Part shown: positions 9,156 to 22,070 of the stretch, piece after piece | Layout of the letters: each line of letters opens with the position of its first letter | How positions within the stretch are numbered: position 1 is the stretch's first letter | Source of the DNA: Eledone cirrhosa | Taxonomy: Eukaryota | NCBI GenBank assembly: GCA_964016885.1 | Contig: OZ024742.1 | Coordinates: 357,120,001 to 357,184,000 of the forward strand | Length of the DNA: 64,000 bases | Direction: 5' to 3' | Made by a program: the position numbers and the translations under genes | Notes under the pieces: model-generated | Database searches by the model: none | The model's input: only the letters and a program-made list of their open reading frames with translations | What the model was told of the DNA's origin: nothing

Positions 9156-11624
9156 AAAAAACGAGACAATCACTTGATCACCTACAGATCAGGGGAACAT
9201 ACCAGCCAGGTAGATTATATCCTTACCAGAAGACGTGACAGAGTGACTGTTGTAAACACTAAATCCCTCCCCCATGAAGAATGCACCTCCCAACATAGAC
9301 TGATAATTAGCGACCTCATAGTCAGGACGAGACGTACTCGACAGCAGAAGAGGACTATCCTCAAGAGAAAAATATGGAAGCTAAAGGACCCCACAGACAG
9401 AAATAAATTTCAAAGCATATTACTTGATGCTTTCGACAGTAAGGAAGAGCATTTAGAGTCGGACAATATAGAGGGACAGTGGGAATTCATGAAAGCAAAC
9501 CTGCTGATGGCGGCAGACGAAGTCTGTGGCCGGAGCAGGCCTATAGGCAGGAGGAGAGTAACATGGTGGTGGAACAGTAAGGTGGAGGAGTCGATTAAGG
9601 CCAAAAAGCAGGCTTGGAAAATATGGCGGGATGGGGGAAGTAGAGAAGACTATCAAGTGGCCAGGAGGGAAGCTAGGAGACAAGTGTACTTTGAAAGAAG
9701 GGAAGCAGAGGAAAGAAAGTTCAAGCATGTTCTACAACACGAGGACCAAAAACGTGAGGTGTTCAGGATTGCTAGGCAATGTGTCAAGGAAAACAGTGAT
9801 ATTGTTGGGGAGAAGTGTGTACTAAATGATGATGGCGTACTCGCCATCACTGACGCTGATAAGAAGGTCGCTTGGAAGTGTCACTACGAGAGGCTACTAA
9901 ATGAGGAGAATAAATGGGAGAAGGATAGTCTCCCCCAGATCGATCCAATAGAGGGACCAGCAGTGTTAGTTGAAGGTAGTATAATAAGTAAGGCAATCAA
10001 AGATATGATGACGGGTAAGGCGGCTGGGCCTTCGGAAATAGTTGCTGAGATGCTGAAGGCCTCTGGAACGGTGGGACACACCATGGTCACCCGGATAGTA
10101 AACCAAGTCATACAGAATGGGGTTGTTCCGAAGGACTGGCGTAGCAGCATCATCATTAACTGTTACAAGGGTAAAGGAGACGCCCTAGATAGGAGTAACT
10201 ATAGAGGGATTAAATTAATCGACCAGGTCATGAAGGTCACGGAAAAAGAAATAGTGCAACTAATCAGAGAGAGAATCGATCTAGATGAAATGCAGTTCGG
10301 GTTTGTGTCAGGCAAAAGTACCACAGACGCTCTTTTCAATGTACGACAACTACAGGAGAAATACCTAGCTAAGAGTAAACCCCTATACTTAGCCTTTGTC
10401 GACTTGGAGAAAGCCTTCGACAGAGTCCCCCGTTCCATTATCTGGTGGGCTCTTGGAAAACTAGGTGTTGACGAATGGCTTGTGAGAGCTATACAAGCCA
10501 TGTATAAAGAAACAGTGAGCAAGGTTAGAATTAACAACGAATATAGTGAAGAGTTTAGCGTAAAAGTTGGTGTCCATCAGGGCTCTGTTCTTAGCCCCCT
10601 ACTATTCATTATTGCTCTTCAGGCTATAACAGAGGAGTTCAAGACCGGCTGCCCATGGGAACTCCTATACGCAGATGACCTAATGCTCATAGCTGAATCA
10701 ATGGCCGAGCTAGAGAAGAAATTCCAAACATGGAAGCACGGCCTAGAATCAAAAGGCCTTAAAATTAACATGGCTAAGACTAAAGTTCTAGTTTGTAGGA
10801 AAGAAAATAAGGCGCCGGTCCCTTCCAGAAAATGGCCATGCTCAGTGTGTAGGAAAGGCGTAGGTAGAAACTCCATTTTATGTCCCAAATGCAAAGTATG
10901 GGTGCATAAAAGATGTAGTGGGATCACAGGTAAGCTAACTAAGAACACAGATTTTACATGTGGCCGGTGCTCTGGTGTAATAAGTAGCAGCAAGTGCCCA
11001 CAAAATACTAGCTCTTTCAACTGCGCAGAGGGTTCTATAGAAATAGTGGACAGCTTCCGTTACCTGGGTGACAAAATCAGCAGTGGGGGAGGGTGCTCCG
11101 AAAGTACAGTAGCTAGAGTCAGAACTGGATGGAAAAAGTTCAGAGAGCTTATACCACTATTAGCCGCTAAAGGGTTCTCCCTAAAAGTGAAAGGCAGGTT
11201 GTATGATGCTTGCATACGAACAGCAATGTTGCACGGCAGTGAGACCTGGGCATTGTGTGCAGAGGATATACGCAGACTAGAGAGGAACGAAGCTTGCATG
11301 CTCCGCTGGATGTGTAATAGTAATATACGCGAACGGCAAAGCATAAACGAACTAAGGAAAAAATTAGAAATAAGAGGGATCAGATGTTGTTTACTCGAGA
11401 GAAGGCTACGTTGGTATGGTCACGTGATGCGCATGAAAGACGACAGCTGTATAAGAAAGTGCAGGGCAATAAAGATAGACGGTAGCCACGGAGTAGGCAA
11501 ACCCAGAAAAACCTGGGACGAGCTGATAAATTCCGACCTCACACACTTACACCTCTCCAAGACAATGTCACTGGACCGAGAGCTTTGGCGGTACTCAGTA
11601 ATAGAGAAGACCCGCGTTACCTAA
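9156..11624 (+). CDS. RTE LINE ORF (partial AP endonuclease, reverse transcriptase, PHD-like Cys/His finger); no true start codon
   Basis: Uninterrupted frame with NYRGIKL, QFGF, AFVDLEKAFDRV, GVHQGSVLSPLLF, YADD (10668-10679), FRYLG and RRLRWYGHV. The ORF-track N-terminus (9063-9155) is flanking and microsatellite sequence. Confidence 0.93.
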   Translation, partial: KKRDNHLITYRSGEHTSQVDYILTRRRDRVTVVNTKSLPHEECTSQHRLIISDLIVRTRRTRQQKRTILKRKIWKLKDPTDRNKFQSILLDAFDSKEEHLESDNIEGQWEFMKANLLMAADEVCGRSRPIGRRRVTWWWNSKVEESIKAKKQAWKIWRDGGSREDYQVARREARRQVYFERREAEERKFKHVLQHEDQKREVFRIARQCVKENSDIVGEKCVLNDDGVLAITDADKKVAWKCHYERLLNEENKWEKDSLPQIDPIEGPAVLVEGSIISKAIKDMMTGKAAGPSEIVAEMLKASGTVGHTMVTRIVNQVIQNGVVPKDWRSSIIINCYKGKGDALDRSNYRGIKLIDQVMKVTEKEIVQLIRERIDLDEMQFGFVSGKSTTDALFNVRQLQEKYLAKSKPLYLAFVDLEKAFDRVPRSIIWWALGKLGVDEWLVRAIQAMYKETVSKVRINNEYSEEFSVKVGVHQGSVLSPLLFIIALQAITEEFKTGCPWELLYADDLMLIAESMAELEKKFQTWKHGLESKGLKINMAKTKVLVCRKENKAPVPSRKWPCSVCRKGVGRNSILCPKCKVWVHKRCSGITGKLTKNTDFTCGRCSGVISSSKCPQNTSSFNCAEGSIEIVDSFRYLGDKISSGGGCSESTVARVRTGWKKFRELIPLLAAKGFSLKVKGRLYDACIRTAMLHGSETWALCAEDIRRLERNEACMLRWMCNSNIRERQSINELRKKLEIRGIRCCLLERRLRWYGHVMRMKDDSCIRKCRAIKIDGSHGVGKPRKTWDELINSDLTHLHLSKTMSLDRELWRYSVIEKTRVT

Positions 11625-12128
11625 ATACAAATTAAAACCTACTACAGTCAGTAGGCATCTCTAACAAAATACACCCCCGTCCCACCACCCCCACCTCATC
11701 CACAGCGCCCCTTTCAATGTAAAGTTATGTTGGTGCCAGAAAATCCAGGCCGAAACAAATGAGATCGTGTAGGTGTCACGAGAAAAAAAAAAACACACAG
11801 TCCACGCTGTAATGTGACCGTGTAGGCAACACGGTAAAAACGTCCCAGTCCCACACTGTAAATGTGGTTGGTGTTAGGAAGGGCATCCAGCTGTAGAAAA
11901 CCTGCCAGACAGTTCACGCTGTAATGTGGCCGTGTAGGCAACACGGTAAAAACCTCCCAGCCCCACACTGTAAATGTGGTTGGCGTTAGGAAGGGCATCC
12001 AACTGTAGAAAACCCGCCAGACACTCCTATGCGAGCAAGACAACCACTCTTGCCTCAAGTGGGAAAACTCCCGTCCAAACCCATGCAAGCATGGAACACA
12101 GACGTTAAACGATGATGATGATGATGAT
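9156..12128 (+). mobile_element. RTE-clade LINE, 5'-truncated, between (TA)n tracts
   Basis: Starts in the C-terminal part of the AP endonuclease (ITYRSG..QVDYIL..SQHRLII), then a complete RT, a 3' UTR with internal duplications, and a (GAT)n tail. Confidence 0.95.
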
Positions 12129-12258
12129 ATATATATATATATATAACAAAGGAAGTGCAGTAAGGAACCAGGTGAAACATAACGCACCTGAGTACTCGAT
12201 ACTGTCGAAACAGCCGGAGCTCAGCCGTCGGGGTCCTGACTCTTTTCCTATTATATTC

Positions 12259-12303
<45 letters not shown>

Positions 12304-12699
12304 TTGTCGGGGCCCAACACTTAAGTGTTACCCTTTCAACAGCTAGTACTGTAGAAAAGGCAAGAGCTCTGCCGTCAGGTTACCACTCTATTATAGCCAT
12401 ACTCTACTATACCAGGTATCGAGTACTCTGTTGAGTAATGACCTAACTAGTTTACAACTGGTTCTATCCTATCCGGATATACATATATGTATATATAAAT
12501 GTCTATGTGTATATACATATATTTACATATACAAATCAATATATGAGAGGTATGAACACTGATACAAGTATACATGTGTTTGGATTGCAAATGACTAAGT
12601 TAGCTAGGTTGAAAAATACTAATTTAAAATAATATGGTTAGCCTGTCTCGATTTAAAGTAATAAATCAATAAAAATAAACCTATATTGGCAATGGCCGT

Positions 12700-12779
12700 G
12701 ATACCCGGACCAATTCTAAATTTGCTTCGCAACAATTATTAAGTGAAAGTCACTATTTCTGTGCTCTTCTGCGGGTATC
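12700..12779 (-). ncRNA. Type-I hammerhead motif, variant core
   Basis: GATACCCG-CAGAAGA-GCA..TGC-GAAG-CAAATT(TAG)AATTGG-TC-CGGGTATC; perfect 8-bp stem I. Confidence 0.65.
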
Positions 12780-13138
12780 CGGAAATTGGTACATTTCACT
12801 TCAAGATACTTAAGAAGACTGAGAGATAGGTCATTTGCAATTCGAACACATGTATACTTGTATCAGTGTTCATCCCTCTCATATATTCATTTATATTACA
12901 CGGCTCGGAAATATTCCCTTCTTTGAGCTATTTACTTGTAAAATACTATTTCAAGTTTATAACTCTATATATAATATTCTCGGCTCCATATGTAGAGCTA
13001 ATTTTAGTCCCATAAAACCGGCTGCTATTTTTAGCGGCACGAGTATGGGATGGGCTAGACACTGTGACACATGTGCGTTCAACAACAGATATCTCTCAGT
13101 CTTCTTAAGTATTTTGAAGTGAAATGTACCAATTTCTG

Positions 13139-13218
13139 GATTCCCGCAGAAGAGCACAGGAATAGTGACTTTCACTTAATAATTGTTGCGAAACAAATTT
13201 AGAATTGGTCCGAGTATC
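13139..13218 (+). ncRNA. Type-I hammerhead motif, variant core
   Basis: GATTCCCG-CAGAAGA-GCA..TGC-GAAA-CAAATT(TAG)AATTGG-TC-CGAGTATC; GUC triplet. Confidence 0.65.
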
Positions 13219-14740
13219 ACAGCCATTGCCAATATTGGTTTGTTATTTTTATTGATTTATTATTTTAAATCGAGACAGGCAAACCATTTTATTTTAAATT
13301 AATATTTTTCAACCTAGCTAACTTGGTCATTTGCAATTCGAACACATGTATACTTGTATCAGTGTTTATCCCTATCATATATTCATTTGTATTACACGGC
13401 TCGGAAATATTCCCTTCTTTGAGCTATTTAATTGTAACAGATTATTTTGAGTTTATAACTCAACATATAATATTTACATATATATATATTTTTATATATA
13501 TATACGCATATTTGCTTATATATGTGTGTTTTGGGGGGTTTGGGGTGTTATAAACAGTTTCTTTAAAGTCAAATTTGAAATGTCTTAAAATATGTTACGA
13601 AAGTCTCGAATCACTTGTGATGGATAGGGAAGTGTGGTGAGCTACGATTTGGAGCAGTATTAAGGACTTTACATGTTAGACTTAAACATAATGAAATGAA
13701 AAGAAACATCAATAAATATGAAATCAATTGTAATAGCAATAGGCATGTTCCTCATTCTCTCTTTATATGTTCATTATGTACAAAAGTATACCTATCTTAC
13801 ATTGGTCTGAGATTGCTCTAGCATGCCTAAGCACATAATATATGTGGATTATTAGAATTTAATTCTGTATGACCAGTTTCAATGCCATGTTTTTCAAAAC
13901 ACCTGAAAGTGGCTCTTTAATATTCACAATAAACAAACCCCTTTCAGGGCTCAAAAGCCATTTAAGATCTCACACTAGAAAAGAACTGATACTGATGGTG
14001 CCATGACAAAATGAACCCAGTACATGCTGTGAATTGTTTGAGATTAGCAAAAGCATCCAGCTGTAGAAACCATGCCAAAATAAAATGTATGAGCATGACA
14101 CAGTCATCAGACCTGCCACCCTTTCTTTAAAGTGTAACAACTTATATAACCTATATTTATAAAATGGTGATAACATGATGTTTTTATTATATTACATTAT
14201 ATTATTTTATATATCATAAAAATATATAAAAAAATATATTTAAAAAAAAAATTATTTTATATATCATATCATATCATATTATATTATTCTATATATCATA
14301 GTATATAATACAATGTATTATATTACATTATGTTTCATTTCATTATATTGTATATGCCTACTAGTTGACCAAGATAGTAGTACCAATATTTTTGAGCATA
14401 ACATTGAGAAAATATTCAGACTTTATCATCATAAATATCAGTCTTAAATATACTTACAAGCTTTTTATTTTACTTATTTTTTTTAATGTCTGTAAGTCTT
14501 TAGAATATAAAAGTCGTCAAGCTTTCAATATATATATTTTTTTCAACTTTTCCAGTATTTTGGTTATAGATTTATTTTGAGGAAAATGTGGCAAAATTTG
14601 AATGTTTCTTTTTATGATGTCTAGTCAAGAGGTCAACAGAATTGAATCTAAAGAATTTGTTTTTCATAGATGTTGCCTTTGGAACATATTGAGAATTTTT
14701 TAGCAAGAGCACATCATGATTGAAAAGGTCATGGAGAGAT

Positions 14741-14953
14741 TTAACACTTTAACATTTAAACTGGCTGTATCCGGCCAGAATTCTCTCATCTCTTGCTGTT
14801 CAAACTGGCCATAATCAACCACTCATACTGATGATAGGGTAGTGTTCTCAAAATAAATAATATCAAAATCTCATAGATTCGATAATATGTGAGATAATTT
14901 TGTGAGGTAAAGCCTTAAAATATAGTAAATATAGAGTAATGCAAATGATAGAG
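14741..14953. mobile_element. piggyBac-type MITE (right end decayed)
   Basis: TTAACACTTTAACATTTAAA start and the shared internal sequence. Confidence 0.75.
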
Positions 14954-16436
14954 ATATAAGTTGAGTAGCCATATTTTCTGTGGTCATATGGTAATGATAT
15001 GGGATATCATTATCATAAAATCAAAGAAGATACTCGAATGTTCAACCTTGGTCAGTCCTTATTTCGAGTTACTACCCTCATAAATGGGTCTACAACTATT
15101 CCACCCTTGTATGTTTCAAATTTTGACATAGTTTTTATGGATGGAGGCTCTGCCTAACACTAAACACTTTACAGGATGTACAGGGTGCATTTTATCATCA
15201 AACCAGCATTACAGATTTTGTCATGCCTTTAATGAGACCAAAGAAACACTTATACTTAACATATTATACTCTTGATTGTCTAATCACTTTACAGGGTGTA
15301 CTGGGTGTATTTTATTTGGCACCTACACTAGAGAGGTGTTTGGGACCACTGCTAAGCTAAAGAGACCTTGCCACTCTGTATAGTCATTATTCTTTTAAAG
15401 AAAATATTGCTGGAGATTGATTTGAAGAGAAGTGACATCCAAGAATTGAAAGATAAAAGAGTATGGTTTGAATGTGACAAGAGATGGGTCAGTAGGTGTG
15501 ATAGTGATAGTGGTAGCTAGAATGTTGAGTGGAATGGTTGGATTGGGAAGTATCACAGTATTTCTTGATATTAGTCTATAGATAGTATTATTTCCTACCA
15601 CACTGTTTCAGTTTGTGAAATTCTAGTGTAACCTGAGGCTCATTTTGTATTATTTTGAAAAGACCAAGTACGATCACAGCCTCCTTTATTTTGGCATAGT
15701 TTCTACAGCTGGATGCCCTTCCACTTTACAGGCGGTATAGGAAACATTTTTCTGAAGCACCACCATTACCAAGTAACATAGTGTATTGACATTTTTTTAA
15801 TCTTTTATCCCATTTGTAAAATAAGTTGGATTACTTTCAATAAATAATGAATGAATATTACATAATTTATCTACTAAATTTCGTAGCTGTTGATTAAATA
15901 TATTTTATTACTTATTTAAAGATTCACTTCTTTAAAATGTCAACACTTCCGGTTAGCGATCGGTTAAATAAATATTCCTATATTTCCGTCACTAATTTTC
16001 TCCTAATGCAGTTTATATATAATATCGTCTTTTTTAATGTATCATGAATTACGTTACTGATTACATAAGAGAGTGTAACATAGTCTTCGTTCAATTTCTG
16101 TGTATAGTGTTAATTAAGATTTTATTTGATGTATCATATCTCCATGTATATATACTTGCATATAATATCAATATACACACTACACATGCTAGCAGAAAAC
16201 CAACCAAACGGTGGTTTTTCTGCTAGTTTACATAATGTACTGGGTCGCATCAACAATACTAGTGTGGTTATAACAAACATTTCCAGACTTATGAATCTAT
16301 TCAAAACCTATTTTGTCTCTGTTTGATCACCAACACTGTAGGATCTGGGTTTTAACCTCATTTACTTTTAGTGTCATAGTTATGTATTGATGGATGGGTC
16401 GTTTCTACTATGGCATATTTCCAGTAACCTAAGTCC

Positions 16437-17410
16437 TAATAATAATAATGAAATTATTGTGTACAGTACTCATGTGCACTACAACTCATCAAAGGTGCAT
16501 GTATAGTACATAGAATAATGTACAAATGTCAGGGAAGTGAACAATGTATGAGTCATGATAAACATGTGTGTGTGTGTGTGGAGGGGGGTATCAGGTGTAG
16601 TGTTGGTGAATTTCAGGAAGCATGGAGGTTATAAAGGATGCAATGTCTTGGCAGCTAACAACTGATGCAGGTAGTTTGTTCCCTGTTTCAGCAACTCTGA
16701 GCGTGAAAAAAATGTTTCCAAAAGTCATGGAAGCTGTGCTGTTTTCTGACGTTGTAGGTGTGACCATGGGTGTTAGACACATGGAATTCAAAAAGGTGCT
16801 CAGGGTTGTTGTTGGCAAGATGGTTAATCATTTTGTGGGTGTTTACCAAGTCAGTTAGCAGCTGTCGGAGCATCAATGTATTTATGCCCATGGAAGCAAA
16901 GCATTCAGAGTATGGTAGATGCCTGGTGGAGGGTATTCGCTTGGTTGCACGACTCTGAACAGTTTCCAAGAGGTCAATGTTCTGAGCAATCCAGACTGGT
17001 GATGAAAATTCTAAGTATGGCCGCACCATAGCTATTTACAGCTTTAAATAGATAGATGGAGAGCGGCTGACAAAGGTCTTGCTGAGTGATGCTAAGACAC
17101 CCTCGGCCTGTTTGACAATTCTAGCAACATACTTTGTCCAATGCAAATCTCTGCAAACAGTAATGCCCAGGTCATGTTCACAAGAAGACTTCTTGATATT
17201 GGTGTTGTGGAGGGTGTATGTGGACGCTGCGTTATTTCTCCCAAAATGCTTGGTGGTACACATGTCCACAGCCAGCTTGAGTTGCCAGCCCATGATCCAT
17301 TGTTGCATTGTGTCCAGGTCTGATTGCAGTCCTCTTTCATATACTTTGTGAGGTTCTGATTCTTGTTTTTACTTTTCACAATTTCATTTCATGTTTTTAT
17401 TGGTCCTCTT
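16437..17410 (-). mobile_element. CR1-clade LINE 3' fragment (decayed RT C-terminus and 3' UTR)
   Basis: WQLKLAVDMC, DLGITV, VRPYLEFSSPVW, LETVQSRATK, FFTLRVAE; (ATT)n tail. Confidence 0.9.
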
Positions 17411-17974
17411 CTTCTACAGTTTCTATCCATTTCAAACACTTGGCACTTTTTTATACTTTAACCCTCCTTACACATGTTATGACCATGCGAGAGGATGTTG
17501 AAAATTCCTGGCAGTGGGGATAAGGAAATACAGGAGGATCAGTTAAAAACATAATATAAGAGAATCAGTTAATTATAATTTTATTCAACATATTCCCCTC
17601 TCAGATTCACACACTTATTGCAGTGGTTCTACCTCCCCTGTAAAGGTAACAGCTCTACCCTTTCATGATACCCTTAAAGCCAGGAACTTTCACCCCATCC
17701 CCTCATATATGTAGAAAAGAAGCAGGCAGAAATTCTATACAATTTACACAAGATGTGTTGTGAGACTGTAGGCAGGCTAACAGAAAAGAAAGACTTTGAA
17801 TTGTGGCAAATGCACAAGAATAGGGGGTAGTAAGATCAGCAGTGAAATACACCTTTTTCAATCCAAGGAAGGTACCATAGTAGTTGATATATTTTGTTAT
17901 TGAGAGCATAGTAGCTAGAATAAGAACAGACTAGAACAAGTTTAGAGAACTAACACATCTGTTGACAACAAAGG

Positions 17975-18468
17975 TATTTTCTCTATGGGCAAAAGGTAGA
18001 TTTTATGATTCCTGCATGAGAAGTGCTATGCTACATGGCAGTGCGATATGGGTAATAAATGAAGCGGATTTACAGAAGCAGGAGAGAAATGAAGTGAGTC
18101 TGCTCCAGTGGATGTGTAATATTAGTTTCTATGAATGATGGGACATGGGTGAACTGAGAAAAAAACCTGGTTATCAGAGTATTCAAATATAGTGAGCAAG
18201 AGAGAAAACTGTGTGGATGTGGACATGTGATACATATGGATGAACACTGAGTGAAGTAATACCAAGAAATAGCAGGGGAATGAGCTGCAGTAAAGGAAGG
18301 TTAAGAAACATCTGGGCAGATGTGGTTAGGGCTGTTCACAAAATGCTGAAATTCATAAAAGAAATGACAAAGAAATGCTATGAGTGGAGGAAGGCTGAGG
18401 TGGAAAAGATTCATCCTACCCATAGAAGCATGAAACAACAGATGTAAGACAACAATGACGATGATGAT
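17975..18468 (+). mobile_element. Old RTE 3' fragment
   Basis: Degenerate match to the 3' end of the RTE ORF and its tail. Confidence 0.65.
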
Positions 18469-18718
18469 ACATCTGTATCTATTTATCTACTTAGATCTAT
18501 CTGTTTATCTACAGACAGCGAGGGTGATGGAGAAAGAGATGAAAAGACAAAGTGGGACATCATCATCATCATCACCATTTAATGTCCATTTATCCGTACT
18601 ATGTATATCTGAGAGAGAAATTGAGAGAAGGGGATAGAGAAAGTAAGCTGTACACATTTCTAAATACAAAACAAAATTGAATATATATATATTTATATAA
18701 ATATATGTATATATATAT

Positions 18719-19490
18719 AAGAATGGGATGGAAGAAGTTAAGGGAGCTACTGCCACTGCTAGCTGCAAAAGGCTTTTCCCTCAAAATGAAATGGAGACTG
18801 TATGATGCGTGTATACGAACAGCAATGTTACATGGTAGTGAGACCTGGGCGCTGTCTGTGGAAGACTTGCATAGATTAGAGAGAAACGAAGCCTGCATGC
18901 TCCAAGGGATGTGTAATAGTAATATACGTGAACGGCAAAGCATAAATGAATTGAGAGAGAGACTGAGCATAAGAGGAATCAAATGCTGTGTGCAGGAAAG
19001 GCGGTTACGTTGGTATGGACATGTGATGCATATGAAGGATGACAACTGCATAAAAAAGTGCAGAGCACTAGAAATCGATGGAAACCGCGGAGTGGGGAAA
19101 CCCAAGATGACCTGGGATGAGGTGATAAAAGCCGACCTTACCCAATTACACCTCTCAAAGGCGATGACACACGACCATGACCTCTGGCATCACGCAGTAA
19201 TACAGAACACCCAATTCCCCATGGGTACAAGCCAAAGCTGAAGCATATAGACAATATGCCCCCACACCCTCCCACTGCAAATTGGTTGTGGAGGTGCCAC
19301 GGCAAAAAAGCACCCAACGCACACTATAAAGTGGACGTGTAGGCGTCACGGAAAAAAAGCACCCAGCACTCACTGTAAATGAGGTTGGTGTTAGGAAGGG
19401 CATCCAGCTGTAGAAATCAAGCCAGAATCAGTTCCCGTCCCACCCTTGCAAGCAGGGAAAAGGCGGACGTAACATGAAATGAAATGAAAT
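18719..19490 (+). mobile_element. RTE LINE 3' fragment
   Basis: The ORF 18705-19241 translation is closely similar to the C-terminus of 9156-11624; 3' UTR and (GAAAT)n tail follow. Confidence 0.92.
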
Positions 19491-19559
19491 CAATATACAT
19501 ACAAATATATATATGTGTATATATAAATAATATATACGTGTATGTATATATATATACAC

Positions 19560-19619
<60 letters not shown>

Positions 19620-20934
19620 ATACATATATATATATATATACATGCATATATATAATGTATATGTGTGTGTATATATATATATAATATATATGTGTGTGTG
19701 TATATATAATCTTTCCCTGAGTTCAGTCTTTTTCGTTGCTATGGCAATGCGGCCAGACTGTCGGTCGCTATATTTGATTTGCAAAGCTGTCTAAACGTAT
19801 TGCTATAACTCTGGGGTATTATTCCCCATCGAGTGCTAAAGCTACATTCCGAATCTGCATTCGTTAGCTTAGCTGCAGCCTAAAGCTTCGTTAATGCTGT
19901 ACTAAAATTTGTCTATATACTATATATATATAGAGAGAGAGAGAAGAAGAAACATGAAGGTTTCTTTTTGATTCTAGATGATGCAAATCTCAGAGGGTTG
20001 TTTTTCTAATCATAAGAGTTAAAATTATTGCTATCAGGAACTAATTGCGTTTGTCTATAGCCTAAATATGTCACAGGATAATACATGGTTGATACTGATC
20101 TAAGTATCTAAAGGCTGCCGAAACCCAGTAGGCAGAGTATTAGTCTTGTAAACAGAAACTTTCTACTCCACACTCTCATATAATGCAATTCATCAAACAT
20201 TATTTCTTCTCTCTTTATCTCTCTCTACTGATTTGTTGAATATTTTTTATTTTTTATTTTCATTATTATTTTTCCCCCTCAGTCTTCTTTCTATCTGTTT
20301 CACCTCATTTCCTTCTTTCTTTCTTTCCCTCTGTTTATATTATATATTGTATATATTTTTTTATTCTACATTAAACATTCATCCCAGGTGATTTATCAAG
20401 CTTGACAAAGAAATCCTATTAGGAGAGAATTTGAGAAATTTTTTTTTAAAAAATGGTCAAATAGAAAAAGAAAAAATTCTATTGTAAAATAAAAACAAAA
20501 ATGAATTAATGATGAAAAAAGATGAGACATCATAAAAAAAAGAGAAGCAAAAAAAATTATAAACCAGTTTGGTATGTTACAATATTGAAAACAAAATGAA
20601 AGCAAGCAACAATAACAAAAACAAAACAATGTAAAACAACAAATATAATACACAGTAAAAAAGCAAAATAATAGGATAGACTGTTTGTAGGGATATTTAT
20701 TTTTACTTTCTCTTTTGAAATGTGTGGAATGAGTTATATAGAATTTCATGTCATTTTACAATTGATGAATATGTAGTCATTGCAGATTTTAGCAAATTAC
20801 TCAGACATTGAAATAGAGAAATATACAAATAAATATAATACTGTGGAAAATATTTCATTTTTCAACCCTGCAAGGTTATTCTTGAATAAGTATGTGTCTG
20901 TGTGTGGATATATATGTGTGTGTGTGTGAGTGTG

Positions 20935-20982
<48 letters not shown>

Positions 20983-21002
20983 TATACATATATGAGGGTG
21001 TG

Positions 21003-21058
<56 letters not shown>

Positions 21059-21249
21059 GAGAAGACTAAGAAAACTTGGGATGAGGTTATAAAAGCTGAC
21101 CTTGCATAATTGCACCTCTCAAAGGTGATGACACAGGACTGTCATCTGTAGTATTATGCAGTAATACAGAAGACCCGCCTTCCCATGTGCACATCTAGTA
21201 TGCATCACTTTCCCATCCATCCCCCTTACATACACCTCCCTGGATGGAT

Positions 21250-21500
21250 GGAAGAGCGTGGCCTAGTGGTAAGGATATTGAACTTATGATCATAATATCA
21301 TGGGTTTGATTCTTGGACTGGGTTGTGTGCTGTGTTCTTGAGCAAAACATCATTTCACATTGCTCCAGTATACACAGCTGAAAATGAGGACCAGCAATAG
21401 CTGGGGATTTAACCCTACAATGGACTGGCATCCTGTTCAGGAGGGGGCAGTCTTGTACTCTCAGTCATGTCATGCCATGTAACTCATCGAGTCTTGGTTG
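21250..21500 (+). mobile_element. tRNA-derived SINE (family B); related pieces at 52085-52230 (-) and 58170-58300 (+)
   Basis: A-box GTGGCCTAGTGGTAAG, B-box-like GGTTTGATTC, body gtgttcttgagcaaaacatcatttcacattgctccagt. Confidence 0.7.
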
Positions 21501-21584
21501 ATCTTGAACTTATGACACAGTACAGAGTCCTATTTATAGGTGTATGGACTTCTTTTGTTTATGTTCTCTATCCCAGGGCTCATA

Positions 21585-22070
21585 GCTCTTAAGTTCTGAG
21601 GAAAAAGTAGGAAGGCATGGCATCTCCCTTATTGCTCATGACTCCCAGAACCATCATAGTTGCAAGAAACTGTGTGTATGACTGTTGGAATATCTTTAGA
21701 GTCTCAAAATAACCAACTGTCATTCCTTCAGTTGATCATTTGGTCTTGATCAAAGCTTATCTTATCAGATATTTTAACTTGCTCATCAAGCACATTGCAC
21801 TGATCAGATTGTTACCTTTGTCAATGCAGACATGAAATGGCCCCTACTCATCACCTATGACTAGTATGGAAGGTCTTCATGCACAAATCTTCCAATATTG
21901 TGTCTTGAAACCGTGGGCTCCTTAGCAATGGTGCTAATTGATTTTCTGGTATTCTTATCGATCAATTTCTTTGCTTTTCATTCAAATTTGGGAGTTCTGA
22001 TGGTATTAGGACCATTAGCAGGCATATATTCCATTTGGTTGCTGTTGTAGAATTCCCCATCAACAGCTTT
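21585..22070 (-). pseudogene. Ancient maT/Tc1-mariner transposase remnant
   Basis: Broken translation IRTPKF..KSISTIAKE..RFVHEDL..FDQDQMIN..SKDIPTV..ATMMVLGVMSNKGDAMPSYFFPQ parallels the transposase at 3560-4614. Confidence 0.7.

Larger units (their letters stand above)
12539..13472 (+). mobile_element. Non-coding PLE/retrozyme-like element: about 496-bp unit (1.3 tandem copies) preceded by an inverted 290-bp copy
   Basis: 12539-12828 is the reverse complement of about 13090-13381; 12829-12977 is directly repeated at 13325-13472; contains HHR motifs; TA-rich flanks. Confidence 0.8.

Noticed and set aside
15940-15965. ETS-like ACTTCCGG motif as a promoter (also CTTCCGG near 59774)
   Set aside because: A short motif with no supporting gene or transcript evidence.
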